This document shows positions 27,741-27,817 of a stretch of DNA of 27,817 nucleotides, piece by piece. Position 1 is the stretch's first letter, and every line of letters starts with the position of its first letter. Under the pieces are notes generated by a model. The model saw only the letters and a program-made list of their open reading frames with translations. It was not told the origin of the DNA and did not search any database. Made by a program: the position numbers and the translations under genes. Source of the stretch: Desulfuromonadales bacterium (GTDB taxonomy: Bacteria; Desulfobacterota; Desulfuromonadia; Desulfuromonadales; SZUA-540); assembly GCA_033549025.1 (NCBI GenBank), contig JAWSUS010000034.1, positions 1-27,817 of the forward strand, written 5' to 3'.

Positions 27741-27817
27741 TGTAAGAAATTGACGCGTTGTTTACAGAATCCGATAATATCGAGGGGAGGATTTTGTAAA
27801 CATGGTCATGCACAAAA
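27741..27817 (+). mobile_element. IS481-family insertion sequence, left end (truncated by window end); terminal IR at 27741-27766
   Basis: TGT-initiated 26-bp IR, 21/26 identical to the inverted end at 49-74; internal TTGACG-N17-GATAAT promoter, GGGGAGG RBS and ATG. Confidence 0.8.
27802..27817 (+). CDS. IS481-family transposase, N-terminal fragment (MVMHK...)
   Basis: ATG GTC ATG CAC AAA after a strong RBS. MxxHK resembles IS481-family transposase starts, but only 5 codons are visible. Confidence 0.6.

Overview
GC-rich bacterial chromosomal segment whose gene content and order look like a Desulfuromonas/Geobacter-type deltaproteobacterium (inference). Both ends of the window are ends of an IS481-family insertion sequence in the same orientation: a right end with the transposase C-terminus at 1-74, and a left end with promoter, RBS and transposase start at 27741-27817. 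The window is therefore probably a contig broken at IS copies. Between them lie glmU-glmS-ClC-pcrA/uvrD, a lipoprotein, a class-V aminotransferase under a ZMP/ZTP riboswitch with a terminator, CIRCE-controlled groES-groEL and a ThiI-like PP-loop sulfurtransferase. Next comes a minus-strand run (sodium:solute symporter, LarA-family nickel-pincer racemase, GlcD, GlcF, atypical triheme cytochrome c), then radA, a membrane protein, dksA, a GAF histidine kinase and tRNA-Ala(CGC). The last part is a tail of small, mostly Cys-rich genes (Mrp/ApbC with a structured leader, zinc ribbons, YkgJ, DsrE-like, DUF1207-like). The best leads are the ZTP riboswitch-aminotransferase pairing, the racemase-dehydrogenase-cytochrome module, a ClC with non-canonical anion-site residues, and the unexplained leader terminator before mrp. 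All calls come from reading the sequence; no searches were run.
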